DNA of 64,000 bases. It comes from an uncultured Acidobacteriaceae bacterium. GTDB lineage: Bacteria; Acidobacteriota; Terriglobia; Terriglobales; Acidobacteriaceae. Numbering within the stretch: position 1 is the stretch's first letter; every line of letters starts with the position of its first letter. Positions 1 to 11,330 of this stretch are shown here, piece by piece. The stretch lies in assembly GCA_963804155.1 (NCBI GenBank), contig CAWDPG010000004.1, positions 818,651 through 882,650 on the forward strand. Reading direction: 5' to 3'. The notes beneath the pieces are model-generated. The model was not told the origin of the DNA, searched no databases, and saw only the letters and a program-made list of their open reading frames with translations. The translations under genes were made by a program, and so were the position numbers.

Positions 1-330
1 CATCGAAGTCTCCCGCACGCGCGGAAGGGCCTTCCCCGCATCGCGTATCGCTGTGCATGCACGGAACTTATAAGAAAGCCATAGCGATTTCCTGTTTCTT
101 CATGGAATCCTTATACGGCGCATGAAATATTCTTGCCAGATTCACCCTTCAGGAAGGGCAGGCGTTTGTTGTGCCTGGCTGTTCTTTCGAACCTTCGCTC
201 CGGTGGCCATTCTCGATTCGGCTTCGTAGCGCTGTCGCATCCTCCTGCATAAAACCGGAATGGCGGACGGAATTCCGCCAACGCGCAAGGCCCCTTCGCC
301 TGCCCGTTCATCACGGGAGTTAAGAACCTC

Positions 331-1746
331 ATGTTTCGTCGCATGATCGGATTGTCTTGTCTTTCCTTCGTATTTGGGATTCCCGCCCTGGCACTGGCTC
401 AAAACTCAACTACCGCCGCTGACACGCAGGCGCGGATCGCCGCGCTGGAGCAAGCCCTGCATAACCAACAGGCGGCCACCGCCAACGCCCAGTCCGCCGG
501 CGACAACGCCTGGATGCTGACCTCCGCCGCCCTGGTTCTGCTCATGACCGGCCCCGGCCTGGCCCTCTTCTACGGCGGACTGGTCCGCCGCAAGAACATC
601 CTCGGCACCATGATGCAGAGCTTCGCCATGATGTGCCTGGTCAGCGTGATCTGGGCCATCGTGGGCTATTCGCTGGCCTTCGGCCACGGCAACCTGTTCA
701 TTGGCGGCTTCGAACACCTCTTCCTGCGCGGGGTTCCGCTGACCCCGAATCCCGACTACGCTCCGACCATCCCGGAACAGACCTACATGATTTACCAGCT
801 CATGTTCGCCATCATCACCCCGGCGCTGATCACCGGCGCGTTTGCCGAGCGCATGAAGTTCAGCTCCATGGCAGTCTTTCTTTCGCTCTGGTCGCTCCTG
901 GTCTACTGCCCGATGGCCCACATGGTCTGGGGCGTCGGCGGACTGTTCAACTCCGCCGGCACTCATATTCCCAGCTTGGATTTTGCCGGCGGGACGGTCG
1001 TCCACATCACCAGCGGCGTCTCCGCTCTGGTCTGCGCGCTCTACCTCGGCAAGCGCCTCGGCTATCCCAAAACCGCCATGCCGCCGCACTCCATGGTGCT
1101 CAGCTTCATCGGCGCCTGCCTGCTGTGGGTGGGCTGGTTCGGATTCAACGCCGGCAGCGCGGTGCAGGCCAATTCGCTGGCCACCAGCGCCTTTGTCAAC
1201 ACCCACTTTGCCACCGCCGCCGCGGCCATCGGCTGGACCATCTTCGAGTGGATACACAACGGCAAGCCGACCGCTCTCGGCGCCATCTCCGGCGCTGTCG
1301 CCGGCCTGGTCGCCATTACTCCGGCATCGGGCTTCGTGCAGCCCATGGCCAGCATGCTCATCGGCCTGGCCGCGGGCTTCGTTTGCTCCTTCATGGTCTT
1401 CAAGGTGAAGTCGTGGTTTGGTTATGACGACTCCCTCGACGCGTTCGGCGTCCACGGCATGGGCGGTACGCTGGGAGCGCTGCTGACGGGCGTCTTCGCC
1501 ACGTGTCTCATCAATCCGGTCTATGGCAAGGGCGTGCCCACGGGCGGGATCGACGGCCACTGGGGACAGGTCCTGAATCAGCTCGCTGCCGCGGGTACGG
1601 CTTGGGGGCTCGCCATCGCAGGTTCACTGGTCCTGCTCTTCGTTGTCGACAAAGTCCTGGGCCTGCGCGTCGCTCCCGAGCACGAGATGGCCGGGCTCGA
1701 TCTCTCGCAACACGGCGAGGAAGGCTACGACTTCGAGACGACTTAG
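331..1746 (+). CDS. amtB: ammonium transporter, Amt/AmtB family
   Basis: 471-aa ORF with an N-terminal signal peptide (..IPALALAQ) and many TM segments. Amt-type motifs are present: LFYGGLVRRKN, DFAGGTVVHITSG, GWFGFNAGS, DAFGVHGMGG. A P-II gene follows immediately. Confidence 0.95.
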   Translation: MFRRMIGLSCLSFVFGIPALALAQNSTTAADTQARIAALEQALHNQQAATANAQSAGDNAWMLTSAALVLLMTGPGLALFYGGLVRRKNILGTMMQSFAMMCLVSVIWAIVGYSLAFGHGNLFIGGFEHLFLRGVPLTPNPDYAPTIPEQTYMIYQLMFAIITPALITGAFAERMKFSSMAVFLSLWSLLVYCPMAHMVWGVGGLFNSAGTHIPSLDFAGGTVVHITSGVSALVCALYLGKRLGYPKTAMPPHSMVLSFIGACLLWVGWFGFNAGSAVQANSLATSAFVNTHFATAAAAIGWTIFEWIHNGKPTALGAISGAVAGLVAITPASGFVQPMASMLIGLAAGFVCSFMVFKVKSWFGYDDSLDAFGVHGMGGTLGALLTGVFATCLINPVYGKGVPTGGIDGHWGQVLNQLAAAGTAWGLAIAGSLVLLFVVDKVLGLRVAPEHEMAGLDLSQHGEEGYDFETT

Positions 1747-1799
1747 CTGCTCGTCGGTCCGTGCCAGCCGCCGGCTTCTTGCCGAAGAGCATTCGCTGA

Positions 1800-2279
<480 letters not shown>

Positions 2280-2384
2280 CCGCCTCCGCATCGCGACTCA
2301 CCGTGCTCCCCCGCCCTTGTTCTCGAGGAGCCGTGTGCTTTAGTGTGTTGTTGCGATGTAACAGCAATCGAAGGAACCGCGCCC

Positions 2385-3755
2385 ATGATCCCCCGCTCTC
2401 TTCTTGTCCTCGGCTGCACGTTCAGCGCCGCGTCCTGGCTGGCCGCGCAGGACACGCGCACCGTCGTCGAGCCGTTCTTTCCCCAGCTCTGCGCCACCCT
2501 CGATGCCCAGCTTCACACCGGCGGCCGCGCGCTCTCCCCTGCCGACGAGCAGAAGCTCGACACCGCGCGCATCCAGAAGGCGATCGACAAGTGCGGCAAA
2601 GGCCGCGCCGTTCTACTCCACGTGAACGAGGACAACAACGCCTTTCTCACCGGGCCGCTCGAGCTGAAGCCGGAGGTCACGCTGATCCTCGGCATCGGCG
2701 TTACCCTCTTTGCCTCGCGCGATCCAGCCCTCTACGCGGTCTCGCCCGGCAGTTGCGGCATCGTGAGCCATAGCCCCGGCCCGCGCGGCTGCAAGCCGCT
2801 CATCTCCGTCGACCACGCCTCCGGTTCGGCCATCATGGGCGATGGCGTCATCGACGGACGCGGCGGCGAAAGAATGCTCAGCTCACAGTTCTCCTGGTGG
2901 GATCTGGCCGAACAGGCGCGCGCCGGCGGTAGCCAGCAGGTTCCGCGCCTCATCGTCGCCGACTCCTCCAATAACTTCACCCTGTGGCGCATCACGCTCC
3001 GCAATTCGCCCAACTTCCACGTCGTCTTCAACCACGGCGACGGCTTCACCGTCTGGGGCCTCAAGATCGACACGCCGCAGCGCCTGGCGCGCAATACCGA
3101 CGGCGTTGATCCCGGCGATGGCGCCAGGAACGTGACCATCACAAATAGCTACATCCGCACCGGCGACGACAACGTCGCCATCAAGGGCGGGCCCGGCGGC
3201 GCAACCAACATGACCATCAGCCACAACCACTTCTATTGGGGTCATGGCATGTCCATCGGCAGCGAGACCTTGGGCGGCGTCAGCAAGATCCGCGTCTTCG
3301 ATCTCTCGCTCGACGGCCCCGACAACGGCATCCGCATCAAGTCCAATGGATCCCGCGGCGGCCTTACCCAGGACGTGGTCTACGACGACGTCTGCGTCCG
3401 CGACTCGCCCAATCCGATCACCCTCGACACCGCATACTCGGCCAACGGCCCGCTTCAGGGCAACTCACCGCCCACTATGCGCGAAATTACGTTGCACGAC
3501 GTTCGCGTCTCCGGCGGCGGCAAGATTACCTTCAACGGCTACGACACGACACACCGCATCGCCGCCGCGCTCGACGGCGTGCAACTCACCGACGTTGCGA
3601 AATATAACTACACCCTGAATCACGCCGACCTCGTGCTCGGCCCCGGCGCAACGAACCTGCAACTTCCGGCCGGCGAGGATTCAACCGTGAAGGGAACTCC
3701 CGCCGAGGGCAATCCCGCTTCCTGCGTGGAGAAGTTTGTACCCTTTCCGCAATAG
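2385..3755 (+). CDS. secreted glycoside hydrolase family 28 (polygalacturonase-like, right-handed beta-helix)
   Basis: The four GH28 signature blocks occur in order: NTDGVDPG, TGDDNVAIKGG, WGHGMSIGSE, GIRIKSN. A signal-peptide-like N-terminus begins at ATG 2385 (MIPRSLLVLGCTFSAASWLAAQ). Confidence 0.8.
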   Translation: MIPRSLLVLGCTFSAASWLAAQDTRTVVEPFFPQLCATLDAQLHTGGRALSPADEQKLDTARIQKAIDKCGKGRAVLLHVNEDNNAFLTGPLELKPEVTLILGIGVTLFASRDPALYAVSPGSCGIVSHSPGPRGCKPLISVDHASGSAIMGDGVIDGRGGERMLSSQFSWWDLAEQARAGGSQQVPRLIVADSSNNFTLWRITLRNSPNFHVVFNHGDGFTVWGLKIDTPQRLARNTDGVDPGDGARNVTITNSYIRTGDDNVAIKGGPGGATNMTISHNHFYWGHGMSIGSETLGGVSKIRVFDLSLDGPDNGIRIKSNGSRGGLTQDVVYDDVCVRDSPNPITLDTAYSANGPLQGNSPPTMREITLHDVRVSGGGKITFNGYDTTHRIAAALDGVQLTDVAKYNYTLNHADLVLGPGATNLQLPAGEDSTVKGTPAEGNPASCVEKFVPFPQ

Positions 3756-3769
3756 ACGCCGGGCGGCCG

Positions 3770-4279
3770 TCAACGCCCCGCCCGCTCCCGATTCAACGGC
3801 ACGCGCACCACGATGCGGTTGCCCGTCCGCACCACCATGCGCGAAAACGAATCCCCGCCCACGTTGGCGAGCGACAGATATTTGCCGTTGAGAGCCGTCA
3901 CATCGCCGCGCAGTGGCGCGCTCGGATCTGCGGGAACGGCAAAGCTCACGCGCACGTCCGGCGGCCCGTCCCCATCGAGGTCGATTTCGTCGCTCACCTG
4001 TGCGGGCAGCGCATCCGCGGGTTCAAACGTGATTTGAACCAACGGCTCGATCCGCTCCAGCATCCGCGGCTGTACGGGCTGGTAGACATCGATCCGGTAC
4101 CCATTGCGCTGGATCGTCCGCGCAATCGTGCCGCCGCTGTAGGCAGCGTCAATGTGCAGGCCGGCATGGGCGACAGCCTCGCTGAAAGCTCCCATCAGGA
4201 AGAACGGAACACAGACTGCAATCAGCAGCGTCAGCCCGGCGCCCGTGTAAGCCAGAATTGCCAGAATTCGTGTGCGCAT
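3770..4279 (-). CDS. hypothetical membrane-anchored protein, last gene of the polyferredoxin operon
   Basis: An internal ATG at 4279 is preceded by AAGGAGG. N-terminal TM helix: MRTRILAILAYTGAGLTLLIAVCVPFFLMGAF. It starts 12 nt after the stop of the upstream gene. No recognisable motif. Confidence 0.55.
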   Translation of the reverse strand: MRTRILAILAYTGAGLTLLIAVCVPFFLMGAFSEAVAHAGLHIDAAYSGGTIARTIQRNGYRIDVYQPVQPRMLERIEPLVQITFEPADALPAQVSDEIDLDGDGPPDVRVSFAVPADPSAPLRGDVTALNGKYLSLANVGGDSFSRMVVRTGNRIVVRVPLNRERAGR

Positions 4280-4290
4280 TCGTTCCTCCT

Positions 4291-5475
4291 TCACTTCCAG
4301 GGCAGAAATCCAACGATGGTGGCGACAGAGCCCGCCAGCACGCTGCCGCCAAACATCGTCGCCAGCGCCCACGTGCCGTACACGAACAGCAGCCGTGCCC
4401 GCTCGGGCTTAGCGGCCACAGGCGTTCCCTTCAGGTGCCACACGACCGCCTCCTTCTTGCATGCGTCCACGCAGGCCCCGCACTTCATGCAGTTCATCAG
4501 CGTCTTGCCTTCCTTGACGGATTCTTTTGTAATGGCCACCGTCGGGCAGGCCGTCTGGCACGCTCCGCAATCCGCGCACTTCTCGCGATCGATGCGGATC
4601 TCGTAGAGGTTGATCTTGTTGAACAGGGATTGAAAGGCGCCGAAGGGGCAGAAGAATCCGCACTGCGTCCGCTTCTTGGTCAGAATTGGCAGCACCACGA
4701 CAAGCCCCGCGAACAACGCGACGAAGACGCCCATCTGGATCGCCGTCTCCACGTTGCGCACGGCGGGGAATTCGGTGACCGCCTTGAACGGGCACAGCCA
4801 CATGCAATACACCGGCTCGAAGAGCGCCCCGGAGAGCAGCACAACGACAAGCAGGATGGCCCAGGGAATGAGGCGCAGCGTAGAACCGAAGCGGACCACA
4901 AAGCGGTGCAGCCTAGCCCGTTTTGCAACTGCGGCAAAGCCCTCCTCGATGCCTCCGAAAAAGCATCCGTAGCTGCACCACGCCTTGCCCATCACCAGCG
5001 TCATGGCGAACCAGAGGCCGATCATCGCCGCGATCGAATGCGGGTTGCTCGCCGAGGGCAGGATCGATCCGGGAAAGATAATGGTGCGTGCAAAGGCCGC
5101 CGGCAACAGAAGCGATGGCGTCACCATAAAGCAGAAAGGCGTGTCGCCTGAGACCATACGGCTCACCGAGATGCTCATCGAACCGCGCTCGGCCACCAGC
5201 GCGGCGATGAATCCCACCGGGAACAGAAAGCCGAGGGCCACAAAGAAAATGCGCCGCCAGTGATAGGTCTCGCCGGTGCGCATCATCAGGAAGAACAGAG
5301 TGGTCATGAACAAAATGACCGCCACGGCGCCGATGTGCATTCCCCGCCCTGCATGTTGAAACGCGGGCGTGAACATCAAAAGCGACCACAGCGCGATGGG
5401 CAGCGTCAGCAGGATCGACCGGCCTACGCTTCGAAAAGCGGCCGGGCGAACAAGAGCAGATGATCGGCTAGCCAT
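4291..5475 (-). CDS. integral-membrane polyferredoxin (NapH/MauN/FixG-type 4Fe-4S binding protein)
   Basis: 394 aa and multi-TM. Membrane-proximal Cys motifs: CSYGCFFGG, CMWLCPFKA, CGFFCPFGA. Two C-terminal 4Fe-4S motifs: CADCGACQTACP and CMKCGACVDACK. Confidence 0.8.
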   Translation of the reverse strand: MASRSSALVRPAAFRSVGRSILLTLPIALWSLLMFTPAFQHAGRGMHIGAVAVILFMTTLFFLMMRTGETYHWRRIFFVALGFLFPVGFIAALVAERGSMSISVSRMVSGDTPFCFMVTPSLLLPAAFARTIIFPGSILPSASNPHSIAAMIGLWFAMTLVMGKAWCSYGCFFGGIEEGFAAVAKRARLHRFVVRFGSTLRLIPWAILLVVVLLSGALFEPVYCMWLCPFKAVTEFPAVRNVETAIQMGVFVALFAGLVVVLPILTKKRTQCGFFCPFGAFQSLFNKINLYEIRIDREKCADCGACQTACPTVAITKESVKEGKTLMNCMKCGACVDACKKEAVVWHLKGTPVAAKPERARLLFVYGTWALATMFGGSVLAGSVATIVGFLPWK

Positions 5476-6139
5476 GGAAAACCCTCTCGATCAGGATCGA
5501 AATTCCGGAATACCCGTACCAGCAGGCGAGCAGAACAGCCGCCATGCGGGCAACGGTGACGACGGCGGGTGTTCGGCGCACGAATCCTAATGATAGAAAC
5601 GGAAGAAACCAGATCGCGGTTCCGACGAAGAAGCAGCCAAAGAACAGTAGCGCCGCACCCAAATGCGCAAGCTGCGCGGCGCGCACACCGGCCACGAGAA
5701 ACGGGGGGCAAAGGTTGATCCCTGTCAGGAATCCCAGCGCCAGCGCACCCGATCGCAGCGAACGCGGCGCCTCGCCGATCTGCACCAGTCCGCCGTCTGT
5801 CTTCGCCGCAGCGCATCGCTTGTGCGGCCAACCCGCGGCGTACACCACCAACGCAGCGGCCAGCAGCAATTCAATCCCGCCCATCAGCCACGAGCGCCCG
5901 GTCCAGGCCCTCGGGATCGCCGATCCCGCCAGCCACACCGCCGCCGCGAACGCCATGTATCCGGCCAGGCGCGCGGCGAGAAACAGGGCCAACTGGCGGC
6001 TGTGTGCCCCCACGCCCTTCGGCTGAACCATCATCCACGGCAGGACCACGGGCCCGCACGACGCCAGGCACACAGGGCCGGCCGTCAGCCCGAGCACGAG
6101 CGCTTCTCCGGCGCTGGCCGCGAGTGAGAGTGCCGCCAT
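5468..6139 (-). CDS. polytopic membrane protein, DsbD_2/TauE-SafE-like (tentative)
   Basis: 223 aa and very hydrophobic, with about 6 TM segments. N-terminal GPVCLASCGP Cys pair sits in TM1, as in DsbD_2-type proteins. It overlaps the downstream polyferredoxin start by 8 nt (ATGGCTAG). The family assignment is by eye only. Confidence 0.55.
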   Translation of the reverse strand: MAALSLAASAGEALVLGLTAGPVCLASCGPVVLPWMMVQPKGVGAHSRQLALFLAARLAGYMAFAAAVWLAGSAIPRAWTGRSWLMGGIELLLAAALVVYAAGWPHKRCAAAKTDGGLVQIGEAPRSLRSGALALGFLTGINLCPPFLVAGVRAAQLAHLGAALLFFGCFFVGTAIWFLPFLSLGFVRRTPAVVTVARMAAVLLACWYGYSGISILIERVFHG

Positions 6140-6384
6140 TCCGCGTGCAGTGTACTGAGCGCGCTCCCGTTCTCCCGGTGACTGGGGTCACGGTCTCCCG
6201 TGCCAAAATGAGGCCTCGGGCATACCCCCGCTTGCCGTGCAGCCCGAGCCAACGCCATCATTGCCATCAGTCCCTGGCTGCGCCTCCATTCCCCCACTAC
6301 GGCACGAAATCTCGCCTTTCCGGCCAATATCGCTTATTCTTGTAACAATTCCTTCTTGCTCCGGCAGGCCACGCAGACAATTTC

Positions 6385-8988
6385 ATGAATCCAGTCGTTT
6401 TTTCGGTAGACGATCTTCGGGAGCAGTATCTAAAGGAGATGGCCCTCGTGCGCCAGACCTGCGAGCGCACCGGGGACGGCACTGCCGCCATCCGCCGCCG
6501 CTCCGCTGTCGTCGACCGCATTCTGATCGAGATGTGGCGCCGCGCCTTTGCCGGCCTGCCTCCGCAGAACGCCACTCTCCTCGCCCTCGGCGGATACGGC
6601 CGCAAGGACCTCTTCCCTTACTCCGACATCGATGTTCTGTTCGCCTTCGCCGACGAAAAGACCGAGGAGTTGGCCCGCGAGCACGTCCGCGCCATCGTTC
6701 AGGGCATGTGGGACATCGGCCTCCGCGCCAGCCCCAGCTCCCGCACCGTCAAAGAGGCCGGCCGCTTTGACCCCGACAACCTCGAGTTCACCCTCGCCAC
6801 CCTCGACCGCCGCTTCCTTGCCGGCCAGTTCCCGCTCTACCAGCAGCTCCACCAGGTCGTCTTCCCCGGCCTCGTCTTGAGCGAGTGGTCCGTCATTACC
6901 CAGAAGCTCGGCGAAATCGCTCGCGCCCGCCACGCCAAGTTCGGCAACACCATCTTTCACCTCGAGCCCAACATCAAGGACTGTCCCGGCGGCCTGCGCG
7001 ACTACTCGCTCGCCGTCTGGTTCGCCGTCCTTTTCCATCTCAAGGAGACCAAAGAGTGGCCCCGCCAGCGCGGCGGCGTCTTCCAGAGCGCGCGCGGCGA
7101 CGCCGAGGCCGCCTTTGACTTCCTCGCCGCCGCGCGATGTTTCCTCCACTTCCGCCACGGCCGCGACGACAATATCCTCGACTGGCAGTCGCAGGACGAG
7201 GCTGCGGCCCGCTCCATCGGCCTCGAAACCCGCGGTACCGCCGATCCCGCCTACTGGATGCGCACCTACTACCGGCACGCCCGCGTCGTCTACCGCCGCG
7301 CCGCGCTGCTCATGGAGCATCTGCCCGCGCCGGTCAGCTTCTATCGCCAGTTCCGCCGCCGCCGCACGCCTATTGCCGGAACAGACTTCCTGCTCGACCA
7401 GGGCCGCATCGACGTTCAACCCGGCGCTCAGTTCAACGACACCGCCGCCATCCTCCGCGTCTTTTCGCTGATGGCCACCCACGGCTATACCCTCTCGCAG
7501 GCCGCCGAGGACCGCATCACCGACGCGCTTCCCGTCCTCGCCATCTCCATCCCTGAGGGGCCGTATCTCTGGAACGCCCTGCGCGAAGTCCTCCTCGGCC
7601 CCAACGCCGCCCAGGCCCTCCGCACCATGCATGCCCTCGGCATTCTCGAGATGCTCATCCCCGAGTTCCACGGCATCGACGCGCTGGTCATCCGCGACAG
7701 CTACCACCGCTACACCGTCGACGAGCACACCTTCCTGGTCATCGACAACGTCCACGGCCTGCGCACGCCGGCCAACGAGCACGAGCAGCGTCTCGCCCAG
7801 TTGCTGCCCGAGGTCGACCGCCTCGATCTCTTCTTCCTCGCCCTGCTCCTGCACGACACCGGCAAAGGCCGCCGCGCGGGCGAGCACGCCGCGCAGAGCG
7901 TCGAATTGGCCGACAGCTTCCTCGCCCGCGCCGACTTCGACCCCGAGGAGCGCGAGTCCATCCTCAAGCTCATCCGCCTGCATCTCGAGATGTCGGCCGC
8001 CATGCGCCGCGACATCTTCGACCTCGACAACGTCCGCGGCTTCTCCGAGAAGATCGGCGACCCGCAGATGCTCAAGATGCTCACCCTCATGACCTTCGCC
8101 GACATCAAGGCCGTCAACCCCGACGCCCTCACTCCCTGGAAGGCCGAGAATCTGTGGCAGTTCTATATGTCCACCTCGAACTTCATGGACCGCTCCGTCG
8201 ACGAGGCCCGCTATCACGCCGCCATCGATCCCACCCTGCTCAACCGCATCCGCTCCATCGTTCCCGCCGCCCAGCACGACGAGCTCAAGCAGTTCCTCGA
8301 AGGCCTGCCCCAGCGCTACCTGCAGACCCGCCTCCCCGAGCAGATCCGCAACCACTTTCAGATGGCTCTCAACCTCACCGAGGACTCCGTCCAGCTCGAT
8401 CTCCGGCCCAGCCGCCAGCTCTTCGACCTCACCGTCATCACCCGCGACCGCACGCGCCTCTTCGCCGACGTGGCCGGCGTCCTCGCCGCCTGGGGCATGA
8501 ACATCGTCCGCGCCGGAGCCTACGCCAACGATGCCGGCGTCATCGTCGACAGCTTCCAGTTCACCGACGTTTTTCGGACCATCGAGCTCAATCCCAGCGA
8601 GAAGGATCGCTTCCTCGCGAACGTCCGCGACGTCGTCGCGCAGAAGACCCCCGTCCAGCAGCTCCTCGACGCCCGCAGCCACTTGAATCGCCCCGGCAGC
8701 TTCAAGGTCGATGTCCCCACCAAGCTGGAGTTCGACAACGAGTCCAGCTCCCACGCCACGCTCTTGCAGGTTGTCGCCCAAGACATGCCCGGCCTTCTGC
8801 GCCAGATCGCGCTCACCCTCAGCTCCCACGACTGCAACATCCGCGTCGCGCTCATCGACACCGAGGGCGAGACCGCCATCGACGTCTTCTACCTGACCAG
8901 CCGCGACGAGAAGCTCGCCCCCGAAGCGCAGCAAACCCTCAACCGCGATCTCACCGCCGCCCTCGAAGCCATGCGCCAGCCCACATAG
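6385..8988 (+). CDS. glnD: bifunctional [protein-PII] uridylyltransferase/uridylyl-removing enzyme
   Basis: 867 aa. Nucleotidyltransferase motif [20 protein letters not shown] domain (HRYTVDEHT ... LLLHDTGKG). Two C-terminal ACT-like domains. Confidence 0.9.
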   Translation: MNPVVFSVDDLREQYLKEMALVRQTCERTGDGTAAIRRRSAVVDRILIEMWRRAFAGLPPQNATLLALGGYGRKDLFPYSDIDVLFAFADEKTEELAREHVRAIVQGMWDIGLRASPSSRTVKEAGRFDPDNLEFTLATLDRRFLAGQFPLYQQLHQVVFPGLVLSEWSVITQKLGEIARARHAKFGNTIFHLEPNIKDCPGGLRDYSLAVWFAVLFHLKETKEWPRQRGGVFQSARGDAEAAFDFLAAARCFLHFRHGRDDNILDWQSQDEAAARSIGLETRGTADPAYWMRTYYRHARVVYRRAALLMEHLPAPVSFYRQFRRRRTPIAGTDFLLDQGRIDVQPGAQFNDTAAILRVFSLMATHGYTLSQAAEDRITDALPVLAISIPEGPYLWNALREVLLGPNAAQALRTMHALGILEMLIPEFHGIDALVIRDSYHRYTVDEHTFLVIDNVHGLRTPANEHEQRLAQLLPEVDRLDLFFLALLLHDTGKGRRAGEHAAQSVELADSFLARADFDPEERESILKLIRLHLEMSAAMRRDIFDLDNVRGFSEKIGDPQMLKMLTLMTFADIKAVNPDALTPWKAENLWQFYMSTSNFMDRSVDEARYHAAIDPTLLNRIRSIVPAAQHDELKQFLEGLPQRYLQTRLPEQIRNHFQMALNLTEDSVQLDLRPSRQLFDLTVITRDRTRLFADVAGVLAAWGMNIVRAGAYANDAGVIVDSFQFTDVFRTIELNPSEKDRFLANVRDVVAQKTPVQQLLDARSHLNRPGSFKVDVPTKLEFDNESSSHATLLQVVAQDMPGLLRQIALTLSSHDCNIRVALIDTEGETAIDVFYLTSRDEKLAPEAQQTLNRDLTAALEAMRQPT

Positions 8989-9132
8989 CGGCGGTCGCAC
9001 AAATCCGGCTTTGAAGCGGCGCGGCTTCGCAGCTTGCCGAAAAGCTCGGCATTCGAGTGGTTCACTTGTTGGTGTATAGCGGCGAGTGCCCCGCCAAGGC
9101 GCGCTCCACGCCAGGCCCGCGTCGCAGCCGCC

Positions 9133-11295
9133 CTACGCCGTCACGATCTCGCTGAAGTCGGCGATCGTCGAAAAGTTCCGCAGAACCTCGTCGATCAGCC
9201 CCAGATGCGCTCCGCGGATCTTCTCGTCGGGGTCGAGCACCATCACTTTGTCGAAGAACGCATCCACCGCCGGCCGCAGCGTCGCGATCAGCCCCAGAGC
9301 CTCGCCGTAGTTCCGCTCGTCGCGCAGTGCGGCCACCCGCGGCGCCAGCTTTGCCGCGGCATCCGCGAGTTGCTGCGCCTCGGCGGCCAGCTTGACGTCC
9401 TTGGGCGAGCCCAGCGCGAAGCCCTTTTCCCCGGCCTGCCGCAGGATGTTCTTGATCCGCTTGAACGCCGCCGACACGGCAACGAAATCGTCCGAACCGC
9501 GTGCCTCGGTCAGCGCCTCGGCCCGCGCCATCGCATCGCGAACGTCGTCCGCGCCCGCTGCCAGCACCGCGTTTCCCACGTCGTAGGCAAATCCGCGCAC
9601 GTCCTTGAGATAGAACTGCAGCCGCTCGCCCAGAAAGGCCGCAACTTGTACGGCGTTGCTGACGCCGCCGAGCTTCGCTAACATTAGCAACGAATTCAAC
9701 GGTCCGCGTAAGCGCGAAGCGATCTCCTCCTGATTCGCATCGCCCTCTCCCGAAGCCCCAAGCACGCCACTAAGCGTCAGCGGCAAATTCGATTCCGCCA
9801 GAATCTTCGCGATCGCATTTGCCGCGCGCCGCAGCGCAAATGGATCCCTCGATCCCGTCGGCGCGTTGCCGATCCCGAACATCGCCACGATCGTCTGAAT
9901 GCGGTCGGCGAGTCCCAGCAACTGCCCCTCGACCGTCGACGGAATCGCATCCTCGATCGACGCCGGCGTGTACTGCTCGTAGATGGCCTTCGCCACCGTC
10001 TCGCCCAGTCCCTGCGTCCGCGCGTAAAGTCCGCCAATGATTCCCTGGAGCTCGGTGAACTCTTTTACCAACTCCGTCGTCAGGTCGGTCTTCGCCAGTT
10101 CGGCGGCTTTGACCAGCGCTGCCTCATCGAACGCGACTCCAGCCGCCTTTACCGCCGCGGAAAGCGCCCGCGCCACGCGCAGATTCTCTTCCGTCTTCCA
10201 GGCGTAGCTGCCCAGCTCCTTCTGAAAAGTGACGTGTTCCAGGCTCTCCACGCGCTCCGCGAGCGGCGTCTTCTGGTCCACGTCCCAGAAGAACCGCGCA
10301 TCCTTGAACCGCGCCCGCAGCACGCGCGCATTGCCGTGCCGGACGATCGCCGCGCCCTCCTCGTCCGCCTGCGTGTTTAGCACCGCCAGAAAGTGCGGCG
10401 CGAGCTTGCCCGTCGCGTCTTCCACCGCAAAGTACTTCTGGTGGTCGCGCATCACGGTGACGAGAACTTCTTCCGGCAGATCGAGATATTCCGGCTCAAA
10501 GTCGCCCAGGATCGCGGTCGGCCACTCGGTCAGGTGCACCACCGTCTCGAGCAACTCCTTGTCCTCGCGCCAACGCGCGCCGGGAACTGTGCGTGTCGCC
10601 GCGTCCAGCGCCTTGCGGATGGTCTCCCGGCGCTCGGCCACGTCCGCCGCCACGAATGCCGCGCGGAGTGCGCCCAAATAACTCTTGGCCGAAGGGAAAA
10701 CCACGGAGTGGTCGCCGAAGAGCACGCGATGTCCGCGGCTCGCGTTGCCCGCCGCGATGCCGGCAATTTCCAGCGGCACAACCGTCGAGTCGAGCATCGC
10801 CACGACCCAGCGCACCGGCCGCACGAACCGCTCCGGCTTCGCCGCGCGCCAATACATGTTCTTGGCCCAGTAGATTGCCAGCACTTCCTTCGGCAGTTCC
10901 GCCGCAAGAATCTCTTCGGCCGTCCGCCCCGCGCGCTTCACCCGCGCGCCCACATACTCGCCCTTCGGCGTCTCCACCTTCTTGAGGTCCGCAACGGCCA
11001 CGCCCGCCTTCTTCGCGAAGGCCTGGGCCGCCGCTGTCGGCGCGCCGTCCTTGAACGCCACCTTCCACGACGGGCCGGTCAACTGCTCCTCGGTGTCGGC
11101 CTGCTTCTCGAGCACGCCTTCGGCCACCACGGCCAGCCGCCGCGGCGTCGAGTACGTCGCAACCTTCGCGCCCTCTTCGAGCAGCCGCTCCCGCCCGAGC
11201 AGGTCGCTCACGCGCTTGCCCAGTTCGGCCTCGGCCCCGGCAATCATCCGCGCCGGAACCTCTTCCAGCCCAATCTCCAGTAGAAAGTCAGACAT
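9133..11295 (-). CDS. glyS: glycine--tRNA ligase beta subunit
   Basis: 720 aa with the typical GlyS N-terminus MSDFLLEIGLEEVPARMI. It lies immediately downstream of glyQ on the same strand. Confidence 0.95.
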   Translation of the reverse strand: MSDFLLEIGLEEVPARMIAGAEAELGKRVSDLLGRERLLEEGAKVATYSTPRRLAVVAEGVLEKQADTEEQLTGPSWKVAFKDGAPTAAAQAFAKKAGVAVADLKKVETPKGEYVGARVKRAGRTAEEILAAELPKEVLAIYWAKNMYWRAAKPERFVRPVRWVVAMLDSTVVPLEIAGIAAGNASRGHRVLFGDHSVVFPSAKSYLGALRAAFVAADVAERRETIRKALDAATRTVPGARWREDKELLETVVHLTEWPTAILGDFEPEYLDLPEEVLVTVMRDHQKYFAVEDATGKLAPHFLAVLNTQADEEGAAIVRHGNARVLRARFKDARFFWDVDQKTPLAERVESLEHVTFQKELGSYAWKTEENLRVARALSAAVKAAGVAFDEAALVKAAELAKTDLTTELVKEFTELQGIIGGLYARTQGLGETVAKAIYEQYTPASIEDAIPSTVEGQLLGLADRIQTIVAMFGIGNAPTGSRDPFALRRAANAIAKILAESNLPLTLSGVLGASGEGDANQEEIASRLRGPLNSLLMLAKLGGVSNAVQVAAFLGERLQFYLKDVRGFAYDVGNAVLAAGADDVRDAMARAEALTEARGSDDFVAVSAAFKRIKNILRQAGEKGFALGSPKDVKLAAEAQQLADAAAKLAPRVAALRDERNYGEALGLIATLRPAVDAFFDKVMVLDPDEKIRGAHLGLIDEVLRNFSTIADFSEIVTA

Positions 11296-11330
11296 AAATC
11301 CATGTTCTTTCTGAATTCGACTTTGTGCCG

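Noticed and set aside
1-330. Possible sigma-54 (GG-N10-GC) promoter or NtrC sites upstream of amtB. The same was checked at 1747-1940 upstream of glnK.
   Set aside because: Candidate TGGC-containing stretches (about 176-190, 204-218, 260-275, 1849-1865) do not have a GC at the correct -12 spacing. There is nothing I can support without a PWM scan.
406-1560. 384-aa minus-strand ORF antisense to amtB. Similar long antisense ORFs: 6430..9000, 13958..15568, 10393..11283, 15890..17212, 16987..18369, 22347..23468, 24806..26527, 49930..51231, 51466..52533 and 54639..56366.
   Set aside because: These are shadow ORFs typical of high-G+C DNA. They are R/G/A/H/P-rich with no motifs, and each lies opposite a gene with unambiguous family signatures.
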